Shown: positions 9,020 to 19,797, numbered from the stretch's first letter. The stretch: DNA of 64,000 nucleotides from an uncultured Thermoplasmata archaeon (GCA_963768855.1 CAVYJM010000006.1:128001-192000); one strand, 5' to 3'. Translations and numbers: made by a program. The notes: generated from the sequence alone by a model not told the origin.

Positions 9020-10328
9020 ATGGCGATTTATTCCTTCAACCACGATTCGTTCGGCAAGACAACAAACCGCGCAGGAGCCGCAGGGGACAACGCGGCCTAC
9101 AATGCCCGCGAGAACGAAACGCGGCTGGTGAACGAGCAGACGCACGGCAAGTCCGCCGCGCGGCAATGCGGCCTACAACGCCCGCGAGGAAGCCACCTAT
9201 GCGGTGAGGAGCCATGTCATCCCGCCGAACCCTAAAGAGGCCGAGGCCTGGTTCCGCGAACAGGAGAAGAGCGAGCGCAAGAACGCCCGCATGTCCGACC
9301 GCTTCATCGGGGCGCTGCCTCGTGAATTGACGCCGGAGCAGTGCATCACGGCGGTAGAAAGTTTTTGCCGCGAGGTGACGCAAGACCGGGTGCCGTGGCA
9401 TTTTGCGCTGCATCTGGAGTTGGGTAAAAAGAACGAGCCCGACTGGAATCCGCACGCGCATATCATCTTCCGCGACCGCGACGTCGAAACGGGCCGCCGC
9501 GTCCTTTACACATCGGCGGGGCCGAAGGAGCGCGCCCATCTTGCCGCCAAGGGCATCGAACCCTGGACCACGCGCGACTTCCGCGAGGAGTGGGGAGGGC
9601 AGATGAACCGGGCGCTCGAACGGGCAGGCCACGACGCGCGCGTCGATCATCGCACGCTGAAAGAGCAGGGGATCGACCGCGCAGCCGCACAATCCATATT
9701 GGGCCGGGCAGCCAGAACGCGGCGCAAAAAGGGACATCAATTCGAAAGCCAGGACCGAACGCTCGCCGAGCGTACCATCCCATACAGTCTCCTCGACGAA
9801 GGCAGCCGCGCCGATCACAACGCAAGGATCGTCGAAGGCAATCAAGCACGCCAGCAGGAGAAGCGGCAGGCGACCCGCGACGCGATCAAGGCGAATGCGC
9901 AAATGACAAGGCACGGCGTCGCACCGGTAGCCCATCCCGCGTGCGCGCCGCTTCCGATACACCCGGCGGCGGATGAGGATCGCGAGCAGCAGCGCCTGCG
10001 TGAAGCCCAAACCCAAGACCGCCGCGTCCTGTACAAAGAGCAGAAACTCGACCGCGACGTGCTTCGGGCAGCCCAAACCGCCGAACTGAATCAACACAAA
10101 GCATGGGCCAAGGAGCTTTACGCCAGCGCGCGCAAGGCCGCGTTCGAGCAAGTGAAGGAGCGCACCTCAGACCGCTGGAAACAGGTGCGCGCCATCGACG
10201 ACCCAGCGCGAGCGCGACAAGGCCGCCGAGGCGCTCAAGCTGGAGCGAAAAGCCCTCTACGCCAAAACGGCAGCTGTCCGCGTCGCCGAATTACGCCAGC
10301 AGAAAGAACGAAGCGTGGGAGGCGATGA
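9020..10328 (+). CDS. mobA: MobA/MobL (MOB-Q) relaxase, frameshift at ~9160
   Basis: MAIYSFNH start, NAAYNAR motif I, ALPRELT, NPHAHI (HUH), RVDHRTLKEQGIDR. Confidence 0.9.
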
Positions 10329-11918
10329 ACGGAAGCCCAAGCGAAAGAACGCCTCGATCTTCGCGGCGCGCACCGTGACGAATATACGGCGGCGCTGACG
10401 CAGACAGCACGCCGCCGAGAGGCATCGGCACGCAGCAACAACAGCGCGCGCACGAATTGCAACGCGACGCCAACAGCATCGCGGCGCGCGCACGTCCGGG
10501 CATCAAGGCATGGCGAACCAGCAAAAGGCGGCGTTGCAAACCATCCGCCTTAAGCACAACGCCCGGCAGGCTAGCCCAGGGGATAGCCAGGCGATAGCCT
10601 CGCAGAATCCCGCAGAGGCGATGAAAACCTTTATGAAGACGGCGATAGCCGAGCATGAGCGGCGCAGACAAAATCCGCGCGGGACTGAACGCCCAGCGCC
10701 AGAGCACACCGGCTGCGGGCAGCAACGTCCCAGCAGCTTACGCACGCAGGCGGGCCCGCCGCGCTCACCGGCCGAAGCCGCCCGCGCGCATTCAAAACCA
10801 GCACCCCGACGCGCAGACGCAGGTCCGGCAGGCGGCGCAGATCGGCAGGACGTTGAGCAAGCGAGGAACGGGCCAACGCCTCGTCGTGAACTGAGAGCAC
10901 AAGCTCGACGCGCCACGACAAGGCCAGCCGTTCCTGGCATCGCGATAGCTTCTCCAGTCCCAACAGCAGAAGGGCGGCAAGGACAAGGGCCGCAGCGGAG
11001 GTGGCCGGGGCCGGTAACAGACGCGCAGCAGCGGCCGTCAACGCCGCGCGTCTACCTACCACAGGGCCTGAGCAACCCAAGCGAACCAATCGACGGTTTG
11101 TCAATGTTCCCCGTTCACCTATACCGGCCGCCGTCAATCCTCGCTCTGCCTTCAAACCCGATGCCCGGCTTGCCGATCCTCCCCGCGTTTCCAAACCGGC
11201 GGCCCCCACTCTTCGCGCGGCGTTCAAAACCGCCGCGCGCGCAGCAAACGCTGCCAGCGCCAAAACCAGCCCGGAAGAAAACAACCACAAGCGGCGGCAA
11301 GGGCGGCCCCTTCACCACCAGCGCCATCGCCGAAGATTATCTCAAGCTCTGCCGTGATCCCTTCAGCGATTTGCAACGCTGGATCGATGAAGATAAAAAG
11401 ACAGGTAATAGAGTCCTCCCACCTCCAGCCACGGACAACGCCATGATTCACACGCCGCACGAACCACAACCTCAGAGCAACTTCTGCGTCAAACACTGCA
11501 TGAAGTGTCAAGCCGGATGGACAAGATCGACAAGCCTCGGAGTGACCGTGGTGATTTGCCTGCTCAATCGGGAGCCGGTTCTCGCCAACATCACGGCCTG
11601 CAACAAGTTCAAGCCGATCGAAATCTAACCGGCCACACCCACGGGAGCGCCGAAGGCCACGTTGCCAACAGCAGCGAGGTCTCCGGCATTCACGGCTATT
11701 ACGCCGCGCTCATGGCCGCCGCGCGCAGCTCGCTTTCACCGCGTAATGCCGCCGCCCTTATTCGCAATCTCAAAAATCAAAAAATCCTCGCCGTCCGCAC
11801 CGCCAAGGACCGGCGCCGGGCCAGCATTCAAAACCGTAGAATGACAATCATGGCAAGTCCCGAGCGCCCCCGCAGCAGTTCGCCTTCGCTTTGCGTGCCG
11901 GGGCCGCCCAACAGCTGA
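10329..11918 (+). CDS. Probable long charged/low-complexity C-terminal extension of the relaxase, in shifting frames
   Basis: Successive overlapping ORFs (10510-11628, 11505-11918) with Q/R/A-rich coding-like stretches and no clean independent start. Confidence 0.35.
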
Positions 11919-12077
11919 TATCCATAGAGTTGCACGACGCCAGCACCAGCGAGAGACGGTTCCCATAGCTTCGTTTTGCACCCCGATCTTGGGGTAGAAC
12001 CAACATTCGTGTCACCAGAGGCCAAATTGGGTTCTTTTACTCAAAGGTACGTAAAACGACACGGCCAGGGGGGACGA

Positions 12078-12366
12078 TCAACCTTCATGGCATTCAGCCC
12101 TCGCTAAAGCGACCTGCCCCATCTGCTCTGATATTTCCAGCCCGAGCGGTTCGAATATGGCGCGGCGTTGGATGGTTATAGGGTGAGTTCGGGTCGCCCT
12201 GCGCCTCGGCCAGTTCGCAGGTAATCCGGGTATTGCGGCCGTCCGGCATGGCGTGCAGGAGAACACGTCCGAGCGCGCCTAAAGCGCTGTGATGAAAGTC
12301 GTAGCACCAGCCGCCATCCGGCAGCGGTCGTTTCTTGAAGGTGATCTCGGGCGGCAGGCGGATCAT
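12078..12366 (-). CDS. Plasmid hypothetical protein, frameshift at ~12180
   Basis: MIRLPPEITFKKRPL...LGALGRVLL... continues as ...QRRAIFEPLGLEISEQM in the adjacent frame. Confidence 0.55.
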
Positions 12367-12879
12367 GGTGAATTGTTTCTTGCGCGTTGGGCCGGTTCTG
12401 TCAAAAGGCGGCATCTGTCACATAAGCCGGCTTGATCGCGGTGGTGAATAAGGGGGATTTGGCCGCACCCCTCGCTAGCGAGGGGCCAGGCTCTAGCCGC
12501 CCGCTAGACGGGCGGCCGGAGCCACGCGCTTCGCGCGCGTCTCCGCACTTCGTGTGACGATCCCTCGCGGGGAGTCTGCTGCCAACGGCACGGCAAGGAA
12601 TGGCGGTTGCGGCAGACCGGCGCGTGCAAAAAGAAAATTCACCTAAGCAAAAATACCTGCTCAAAGCCTTCACCACGAAGCAGCACCTCGAAAAGGCTGC
12701 TCCACGAACCCAGGCTTTCGCGGGGGCCGCTGGCGCTATGGGGCATACCCCCGCGAAATCCTGGCTCCGCGAAGCAGCCCGAACCGGCGGCGCGTGTCTG
12801 CCAAACCAACCCCCTCGAACAGGACCGGCCCGTTGCAAAACTCTTAATTAGATAGCCATTGACAGAAAGCCAGCATTTA

Positions 12880-12917
12880 GGGGTCATCGCAGAATCTTCC
12901 CCAAATCGTACGCTAAG
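12880..12917 (+). repeat. Tn3-family 38-bp terminal inverted repeat
   Basis: GGGGTCATCGCAGAATCTTCCCCAAATCGTACGCTAAG fits GGGG...TACGCTAAG; contains the tnpA stop codon. Confidence 0.88.
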
Positions 12918-15902
12918 CCTCGTCGAGGAAGGCTGAACGGGGATTTCTGAGGGGTCTAGAAGCCGTTTTCGAGCGGTTCTGTTGGCCAAACGTAATCGCC
13001 GTTAAAGGTAATGTGCTCCCAGCCGAGCGGAGCGATATGAGAAAGTAAATCATCGCCGATGACCTCACCTTGAGCGCGCAGATGAGCAACGGCACGGCCG
13101 AGATAAACAATGTTCCAAAGAATGATCGCAGCGACAACGAGATTTCAACCCGGATGCCCGGTAGCGCTGATTTTCGAAAGATCGGTCGCGGATTTCGCCG
13201 AGACGATGAAAAAATACTGCCCTGGCGAGCGCGTTGCGCGCCTCACCCTTGTTGAGCCCGGCATTGGCTCGCCGCCGCAGACCAGGATTGCTGATCCAAT
13301 CGAGGGTGAAAAGGGTGCGTTCAAGCCGGCCAATCTCACGAAGCGTCTTTGAAAGCGCGTTCTGTCTGGGATAAGCCGCGAGCCGTCGTAGCATTGCCGA
13401 CGGCATGGCAGTTCCCGCCTTGATCGACGCCACGAGGCGCAGGGTCTCATCCCAGTTTTCTCCGGAGAGCCGGAAATCAATGGTTCCCCCGATCATGGGG
13501 GCCAAGGCAGGATAGATTGCGCGCTTGTCCGCAACATAAAGTCGACGATCAGCAAGGTCGCGAATGCGCGGCGCGAAGCGAAACCCCAAAAGGTGGCACA
13601 GACCAAATACATGATCGATTGCGCCAGCAGTGTCGGTGTAATGCTCGCGGATTTGCAGAGAGCATTCGTGATGCATGAGGCCATCCAGAACATACGGTGC
13701 ACTCGGCTCGGCGATTGGCCGCCATGATTTTGCTGTTGTACGGCCCGTACCGATCAGAGATATGTGTGTAGAATTTTACGCCGGGTTCGGAGCCATATTT
13801 GGCATTGTAATCGGCACGCGCCTCGCCATGCCCGCCCGCTTTGAAGAATTGTCCGTCCGACGATGACGTGTCGCCATCACCCCAGATTTTCGTAAAAGGG
13901 TTTGCGTGGATCGCATCAACTAAACATGCAAGGCCGGCCTGATAGGTTTCATCGCGGATGTGCCATTCGGCAATCCAGAGCAGCTTTGCATGGCTGAAAA
14001 TCTTCGAGCTGCGGGCCATGCGCCCAAGCCCCAGATTGGTGGCGTCAGCAAGAAGCGCCGTCATCAAAGCCACGGTGTCCTCGGCAACAGCTCCGGTGCG
14101 CAAATGGCTAAACCGCTCGGCGAAGCCTGTCCATTCATGCACTTCGGCAAGAAGCTCGGTGATGCGTAGACGTGGCAACATGCCATAGAGCCAGGGCGTG
14201 TGATATTGTCGCATTCGAGGTTTTCATCCTTGCGGATCGGATCTGATCGAAAGCCCCTCCGCCGTGATGGCCGCTTCGACCAGCTCGCCGGCGGAAGCGA
14301 GTGCATCGACCTCGCGAAGCCGGGCATCCAGAAAGTCCACACGCTCGGCGCGCCATGTATCAAAGCAGTCAGGGACAGCGAGCCCCAAGTCGTTGTCCCG
14401 CCGCCTTGCGGCAAAAGTCTCTGGCGGCAGAAGATAATCATCGAACGCCCGAAATGCCCGGCTGCCTTCGACCCAGATGTCGCCTGCGCGCAAGCGGTCG
14501 CGCAGCGCCAGCATGATCGCAACCTGATAGGCGCGTCGATCGATGGCACTGCCGGTTCCAATCTGCTTGCGCCAGGCCCTGTTGGGAAACGCCGCAGGCG
14601 CGTACAAGAGTATCGTTCTGGCCCGTCGCGTAGAATTCCCGCAGCACTTCAAGCGCGGCAAGCAAGGGATCATCGATTTTCCATGCGCGGAACACGAAGG
14701 CATTGAGGAGAACTGGCGCCAGGCGTTCTCAGCACCGTGGGATATCGTTCGACGATCTCCGCCAGATTATCCTCGCGTGTTTCCGTGACGATCTTGTCGG
14801 TTTCGAGAAGCAGGCCGTTCAGGCGATCCCAACCCAGGGCGCGTTCCACGGTTTCGATCTGATCTTCGCCGCAAGCCTTGGCCGCCAGCATCGCTTTCGC
14901 CATGCCGAGCAGCGCTCGCGTCGAAGCATCGAGCGTCTTTGCCCGCTCAACGACGCGCAGCTTGTGCATCTGATCGGCGCGGCGAAAGATGCTGCCAAGC
15001 ATCTTGTCGAAAATGACGAGCGCGGCGTCCGTGAGGATGGCTTCCATCTCTCGTGCAACAACGACCAGTGCCGCCAGCACGGCGGGTCTCGTCGAACCGC
15101 GAGAGATGCTGGGCACTGAGAATGGCCGTTTCCCTGGCAATGGCAGCATAGCGCGCGCGATGAACGCGCTGTTCGCGGTCCTGTCCGATGCCAAGCGCGC
15201 GGACGACCTGTAGGCGTTCGACGATTTCAACCAGGTTTTTCTCTGCCCGGCGCTTCCGGCCATTCGCGCAACCATGCCAGCGGCGTCCGGTCTTGATCGT
15301 CGCTGGTCAGAAGCAACGTTTCCAATCCGGCAATCTGCTCGGGCCCCATTCCCTCGATGAGGTTTTTGTGCGCCCGTTTTCGGGCGCGTGCGCGTGCGGC
15401 CAGGGCAATCTTTTCCAAAGTAACGGAGGCTGGAAGCAAAATGTTTTGGGCGCGCAAATGTCCAATCATCGCGGCGACAATGGCATCACCGCGATCCGTG
15501 CCTGTTGCTTCTTCAAGTGCAGCATTGGCAACGGCTCGATAATCCCCGCGCCGAAAGGCGCGAAGGCCAAGGTAGTCTTGCAAATTCCCCGAGATGCTCA
15601 CGGCGCGTTTCTTCTCGGCTGGCATACTCGTTCAAGACTCCCGGTCTAATGCCGAGTTGCTGACCGATGAAGGAAAGAATGTCAGTGGACGGCACTTCGC
15701 CGACGCCAACCACGCGGCCGGGAAATTTCAAATACGCAAAGTGCACGGCAAACCCCAACCGATTGGCGTCCCGGCGTCGTTGCCGCATCAGCGCCATTTC
15801 CTCAGGCGAGAACGTGCAGTGCCGGATGATCGCCGTCGGGTCCGACGGTGGATAAAACAGCGTTGTGCGAGATTGAGGCGAAAGAATTTCGTGTTTCTTC
15901 AT
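12913..15902 (-). pseudogene. tnpA: Tn3-family transposase TnpA, fragmented by many frameshifts
   Basis: [57 protein letters not shown] spread over at least 7 ORF pieces; start MKKHEIL at 15902. Confidence 0.92.
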
Positions 15903-16027
15903 GGCCGCCCCCTTGTTGCGCAAATGATCGTTTGTGCAAGTATTCGCGATTGGCTTGAAATGGCCTGTTTTTGTATTGCAGAAATATATTGCAATGCGAA
16001 ACATGAATGCAATAGAATTGTGCAATC
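15903..16027. promoter_or_regulatory. Putative res site and divergent tnpA/tnpR promoters
   Basis: AT-rich intergenic segment with repeated TTGCA/TGCAA half-sites. Confidence 0.55.
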
Positions 16028-16612
16028 ATGTTGATAGGTTACGCGCGCATCTCCACAAGTGAACAAGACACCAAAATGCAGGTGGCTGCTCTTCAGTCTG
16101 CCGGGTGTGAATCAATCTATCGCGAGAGGGCCTCCGGCGGGCGCTGGGACCGGCCTGAGCTTCACAAACTACTGGATCATCTCCGTAAGGGCGACGTGGT
16201 CGTCGTCTGGAAACTCGATCGTCTGTCACGCTCGCTACGCGATGTGCTTACAATTATGGATCGGCTTCAGGAGCGGAAAGCAGGTTTTCGCAGCCTCACC
16301 GAGGCGGTTGATACAACGACGCCCGCCGGTCGGATGATGATGCAAATGGTCGGGGCGTTCGCAGAGTTCGAGCGCGCGATGCTGAAGCAGCGCACCAAGG
16401 CCGGCCTCGATGCAGCACGCAAGGAAGGCCGGATCGGCGGCCGACGGCCAAAGCTAAAGCCTCAACAGCAACAGGAAATCATGAAGCTCGTAAAAAGAGG
16501 CAAGAAGACCGCAGCCGATGCGGCGCGCCTGTTCGGCGTCCATCCGGCGACGGTGTCGCGGCTACTCCAGCGATTAAAGCTCTCCACGCCTGAAAAGGGT
16601 ATCATATCGTGA
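16028..16612 (+). CDS. tnpR: Serine resolvase TnpR
   Basis: GYARISTSEQD, KLDRLSRS, C-terminal HTH GVHPATVSR. Confidence 0.95.
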   Translation: MLIGYARISTSEQDTKMQVAALQSAGCESIYRERASGGRWDRPELHKLLDHLRKGDVVVVWKLDRLSRSLRDVLTIMDRLQERKAGFRSLTEAVDTTTPAGRMMMQMVGAFAEFERAMLKQRTKAGLDAARKEGRIGGRRPKLKPQQQQEIMKLVKRGKKTAADAARLFGVHPATVSRLLQRLKLSTPEKGIIS

Positions 16613-17070
16613 ACCTTATATTGCACAAGGCGGTGGAAACGGATGTCGATGCGATAACAGCTTGCGTTCGACGCGCTTATGAAAAATATGTACCGCTCAT
16701 CGGGCGACTGCCCAACCCGATGACGACGAATTACAGTCGCGCGGTAAGTAAGGAGTTCAAGTTGTCGATTCTTACCAGTCATAGCGGACACTTGCAGGCT
16801 GTGCTGGAATTAGTTTCGGAGTCTGGCCATCTGCTGGTTGAGAATGTGGCCGTAAATACATCTTCAACGCCGAAGTTCTGGGGCATCGGCTGATGGATTT
16901 TGCTGAACAGGAAGCGCAGCGACAACGGTTCCCAGAAATTTGGCTCTACACCAACGAAAAATTTGTTGCGAACATTGCTTTCTATGCGGGGCGTGGTTAC
17001 CACGAATTTAAGCGCGTACCATTCAAGGGTACCGATCTTGTTTTTATGTGTAAGCCCCTTAAAGACCATT
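16609..17070 (+). CDS. GNAT-family N-acetyltransferase, frameshifted at ~16860-16893
   Basis: AYEKYVPLIGRLPNPM, LLVENVAV, then MDFAEQEAQ...IWLYTNEK...NIAFY...GY in the next frame; 3' end approximate. Confidence 0.75.
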
Positions 17071-17108
17071 TACGCCAGTTTTGCCTGGCTAACAAATGCG
17101 GTGCACAT

Positions 17109-17657
17109 GTGCTGATCGGCTACGCGCGGGTTTCCACCCAACATCAGAATCTCGACCGGCAGCTCGGTGCCCTGCGCGCAGCACGCTGCAAACGTATCTT
17201 CGCGGAAAAGGCAACCGGCAAAACCGTCAAGGGGCGTCCGAAGCTAGAGAAGGCCATCGAGGAGCTTGGCACCGGCGACGTACTCCTGCTCGCCGAATGG
17301 GACCGCGCCACACGTTCGATGATTGACGGCATCGCCATCATGCAGCGCGTCGTGGCGCGCGGCGCCGTCATCAAGGTGCTCGACAAGCCGCACCTCGATC
17401 TCACCAGCAAAATCGGCCAAGGCATCCTCGCTTTTCTTTCGGCGCTTGCCGACGATGAGCGCGAGCGCATCGTCAAGCGCGCTGCGGATGGCCGGAGGGT
17501 CGCCAAGGCGAAAGGCGTTATGATGGGCCGTCCGCAAGCGCTGACAGAGCATCAAAGGGAAGAAGCGCGCCGGAGGTTTGCCAAAGGCGAAAGCTGCCGC
17601 TCCATTGCCAAGAGCTTCAACTGCCATCACAGCACGATTTCACGCTGCCAAAGATAG
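17109..17657 (+). CDS. Second serine recombinase/resolvase
   Basis: GTG start, LIGYARVSTQHQNLDRQ, EWDRATRS, HTH at the C-terminus. Confidence 0.92.
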   Translation: MLIGYARVSTQHQNLDRQLGALRAARCKRIFAEKATGKTVKGRPKLEKAIEELGTGDVLLLAEWDRATRSMIDGIAIMQRVVARGAVIKVLDKPHLDLTSKIGQGILAFLSALADDERERIVKRAADGRRVAKAKGVMMGRPQALTEHQREEARRRFAKGESCRSIAKSFNCHHSTISRCQR

Positions 17658-17867
17658 GCGGCCCGCGCAAGATTTAGGGCGCGGGAACACATCACAAAAA
17701 TGACGCGACCTCGCCACGCATGTGGCTGATGGGACGCACCCGTCTCATCATCGCGAAGCTATCTAGTTTCCCCGATTGGCGGCGTGAGCTGGACCGGGTA
17801 GTTAAGAAGGAGACTTAATACTGATCGATAAAGTTGTGTTGTGTAGTGGTGTGGGGAGTGGTGACTC

Positions 17868-18308
17868 ATGGGGCTGGGTCGCGTACTAGTTGTGCTGGCA
17901 AGTGCTGGCTTTTTTCAGGCTGCCTTCGCGCAGTCCTTGCCACCTATCGAAGGTCCTGGCCGCGAGCAGCAGCAATTTCGTGAAGCCCCTGCGCCCAAAG
18001 CGCAAACCTCTCCGCTTATCGCCATTCCAAGCACGATGCCCGCCGGACAGGCGGCAAAAATCAAGCTCGTGCTGAAACGGATCGAGGTCGAAGGCTCGAC
18101 GGTCTATAAGACGTCCGATCTGGAGCCGCTCTGGGCCGGTTTGACCGGCAAGCAGCTCTCAGTCGCCGACATTTACGCGCTGCGCGACCGCATCCGTCAG
18201 AAATATAGCGACGATGGCTGGCTGCTCGCGATCCCGGTGATCGTGCCGCAGCAAGCGAGCCAGAAAGCGGCGGTGATCCGTATTAAAGTCATCGAAGCCT
18301 ATATCGAC
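17868..18308 (+). CDS. ShlB/FhaC/HecB (TpsB) outer-membrane transporter, N-terminal POTRA only; truncated at the junction
   Basis: Signal peptide; IEVEGSTVY...LSVADIYALRDRIRQKYSDDGW...VIEAYID; barrel absent. Confidence 0.8.
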
Positions 18309-18901
18309 CCCTGTGCGCGATCGTCGCGTGCTGGACCGGGCCCGCGGACAAGGCGAAGAAGGCTCTCGCTCCGCTGCTCGACTCGGCCAAGATCGTCGCG
18401 CAGCTGCTCGGGCCGATGCCTTACCCCGCGCTGAACGCCGCCTTCGACGGGCTCGTGCCGCCGGGGCTCCAGCACTACTGGAAGACCGCCTTCGTGAAGG
18501 AGCTCCCGGACGGGGCGATCGCGGCCCACATGGCCCATGGTCCTAAGCTGCCCGCGGTCAACTCGACCGTGCACATCTACCCGATCAATGGCGCTGTGCA
18601 CGACGTGAAGCCGGACGCGACCGCCTTCGGACACCGGGACGCGAAGTACGCCACGGTCATCGCAGGCATGTGGCCCGACCCCGCGCAGAACGAGGCGAAC
18701 ATCCGCTGGGTGCGGGACTACTACAAGGCGATCGAGCCCTACTCGGAGAAGGGAGGCTACATCAACTTCGCGTCCGAGGACGACAAGGACAAGGCGTCGG
18801 TCAACTTCGGCCGCAGCTACCCGCGCCTCCGGAAGATCAAGGCGAAGTACGACAAGGGCAACGTCTTCCGGTTCAACCAGAACGTCGCTCCGGCGGCGTG
18901 A
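18308..18901 (+). CDS. FAD-linked oxidase (BBE-like C-terminal half); N-terminus missing at the junction
   Basis: PLCAIVACWTGP..., YWKT, TAFGHRD, GYINF, LRKIKAKYDKGNVFRFNQN; no FAD-binding N-domain or start. Confidence 0.88.
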   Translation, partial: PLCAIVACWTGPADKAKKALAPLLDSAKIVAQLLGPMPYPALNAAFDGLVPPGLQHYWKTAFVKELPDGAIAAHMAHGPKLPAVNSTVHIYPINGAVHDVKPDATAFGHRDAKYATVIAGMWPDPAQNEANIRWVRDYYKAIEPYSEKGGYINFASEDDKDKASVNFGRSYPRLRKIKAKYDKGNVFRFNQNVAPAA

Positions 18902-18903
18902 GG

Positions 18904-19797
18904 CTACTTCGGCTTCACGCGGTTCAGGTAGATCCCCGCGAGGACCGCGGCCGCCCCGAGGACCAAGGTCACCGTCAGGTGCTCCCCGAGCAGCAGGATG
19001 CCCATCCCGGACGCGAGGACCGGAACGGTGAGCTGGACGACCCCTCCCTGGGACGCGCGGATCCGCCGCAGGGTCGCGTTCCATAGGATGTAGCTCAGGG
19101 CCGTGCTGACCATGCCCATGAACAGGGCGAGCCCCAGGCCGTCCCATGTGAACGCGATCGAGAGGGCGTCCGGGGCCGTGACCCAGAGGATCGGAGCCAG
19201 GGCCAGGGAGAACGCGCCGACGACGAGGAACGTGGAGAACGTGTATCCCTGGGAATCGCGCGCGCCTCGGCCGTGGACGGAGTAGAGGCCCCATGAGGTC
19301 CCCGTGGCGGCCATCAGGGCCACCCCGGGAAGGGTCACATCCCGGATTCCGCCGAAGGTGATGATCCCCACCCCGAGGACGGCGAGGGCGGGTCCCGCAA
19401 CGGCCCGCGGCGTCGGCCGGTCTCCATCGTGCGCAACGCCAAAGAGGGCCATCGTCAACACGACGAACGCGTAGAACACGAGGGTGCCCGCCGCGGCGGG
19501 GATGAAGGCGTAGCCGAAGGAGATCGCGAACGCATAGGCGCCGAGGTAGACGCCTCCGAGGAGGTCGCGGCGGGAGCCGACCCGGAGCGCTCTCCCGCCC
19601 GGCACGGCCGCCCTCACGAGGAGGAGCATCGCGAACCCGCTCGCGAAGCGCACCGTGGTCAGGAGGTAGGGCGTCGCGAGGCCTCCGACGATCAGGTGGC
19701 GGGTGATCACGCTGTTCCCCGCGAAGCAGAGCATGATGAACGCGATCGCGAGCGGGATCTCCCACCGTTGGGCTGCCTGCCTGGGCGCCGCGGGCAT
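18904..19797 (-). CDS. DMT/EamA-family transporter
   Basis: About 10 hydrophobic segments; PVLASGMGILLLGEHLT. Confidence 0.88.
   Translation of the reverse strand: MPAAPRQAAQRWEIPLAIAFIMLCFAGNSVITRHLIVGGLATPYLLTTVRFASGFAMLLLVRAAVPGGRALRVGSRRDLLGGVYLGAYAFAISFGYAFIPAAAGTLVFYAFVVLTMALFGVAHDGDRPTPRAVAGPALAVLGVGIITFGGIRDVTLPGVALMAATGTSWGLYSVHGRGARDSQGYTFSTFLVVGAFSLALAPILWVTAPDALSIAFTWDGLGLALFMGMVSTALSYILWNATLRRIRASQGGVVQLTVPVLASGMGILLLGEHLTVTLVLGAAAVLAGIYLNRVKPK

Larger units (their letters stand above)
12880..17657. mobile_element. Tn3-family transposon (tnpA, res, tnpR, GNAT cargo, second resolvase); partner IR not found
   Basis: IR, tnpA and divergent tnpR; right end extent is uncertain. Confidence 0.7.
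168..18307. mobile_element. Integrative, mobilizable plasmid-like element at tRNA-Ser (far boundary/att not found before the junction)
   Basis: Integrase pointing at the tRNA 3' end, Xis, RepA+iterons, ParA, TA pairs, relaxase+oriT, Tn3; no second copy of the tRNA 3' end seen. Confidence 0.8.

Noticed and set aside
12913-15902. Programmed frameshifting in tnpA
   Set aside because: Too many shifts, and Tn3 transposases are not known to use it; errors or decay explain it
16885-16900. In-frame TGA in the GNAT as selenocysteine or readthrough
   Set aside because: The downstream half is in a different frame, so this is an indel, not recoding
16893-17657. GNAT-resolvase fusion protein (254-aa ORF)
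   Set aside because: The GNAT is already frameshifted, and the resolvase has its own GTG start at 17109 with a normal N-terminus; the fusion is probably an indel artefact
17668-17690. ATTTAGGG near the second resolvase as the other Tn3 end
   Set aside because: Same orientation as the left flank and lacks the CTTAGCGTA…CCCC pattern
1-18307. Genuine transfer of an alphaproteobacterial element into an archaeal chromosome
   Set aside because: Both junction genes are truncated, there is no att/IR/TSD, and the bacterial tRNA and TpsB lie within the bacterial block; a chimera is far more parsimonious unless reads show otherwise
168-18307. Second att site (duplicate of the tRNA-Ser 3' end)
   Set aside because: No copy of GTTCGAATCCCTCCCTCTCCGCCA seen by eye elsewhere in the window; the element's far end is not present
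17868-18434. Novel POTRA fusion protein (188-aa ORF)
   Set aside because: Residues after IEAYIDP are an off-frame reading of the FAD oxidase across the junction
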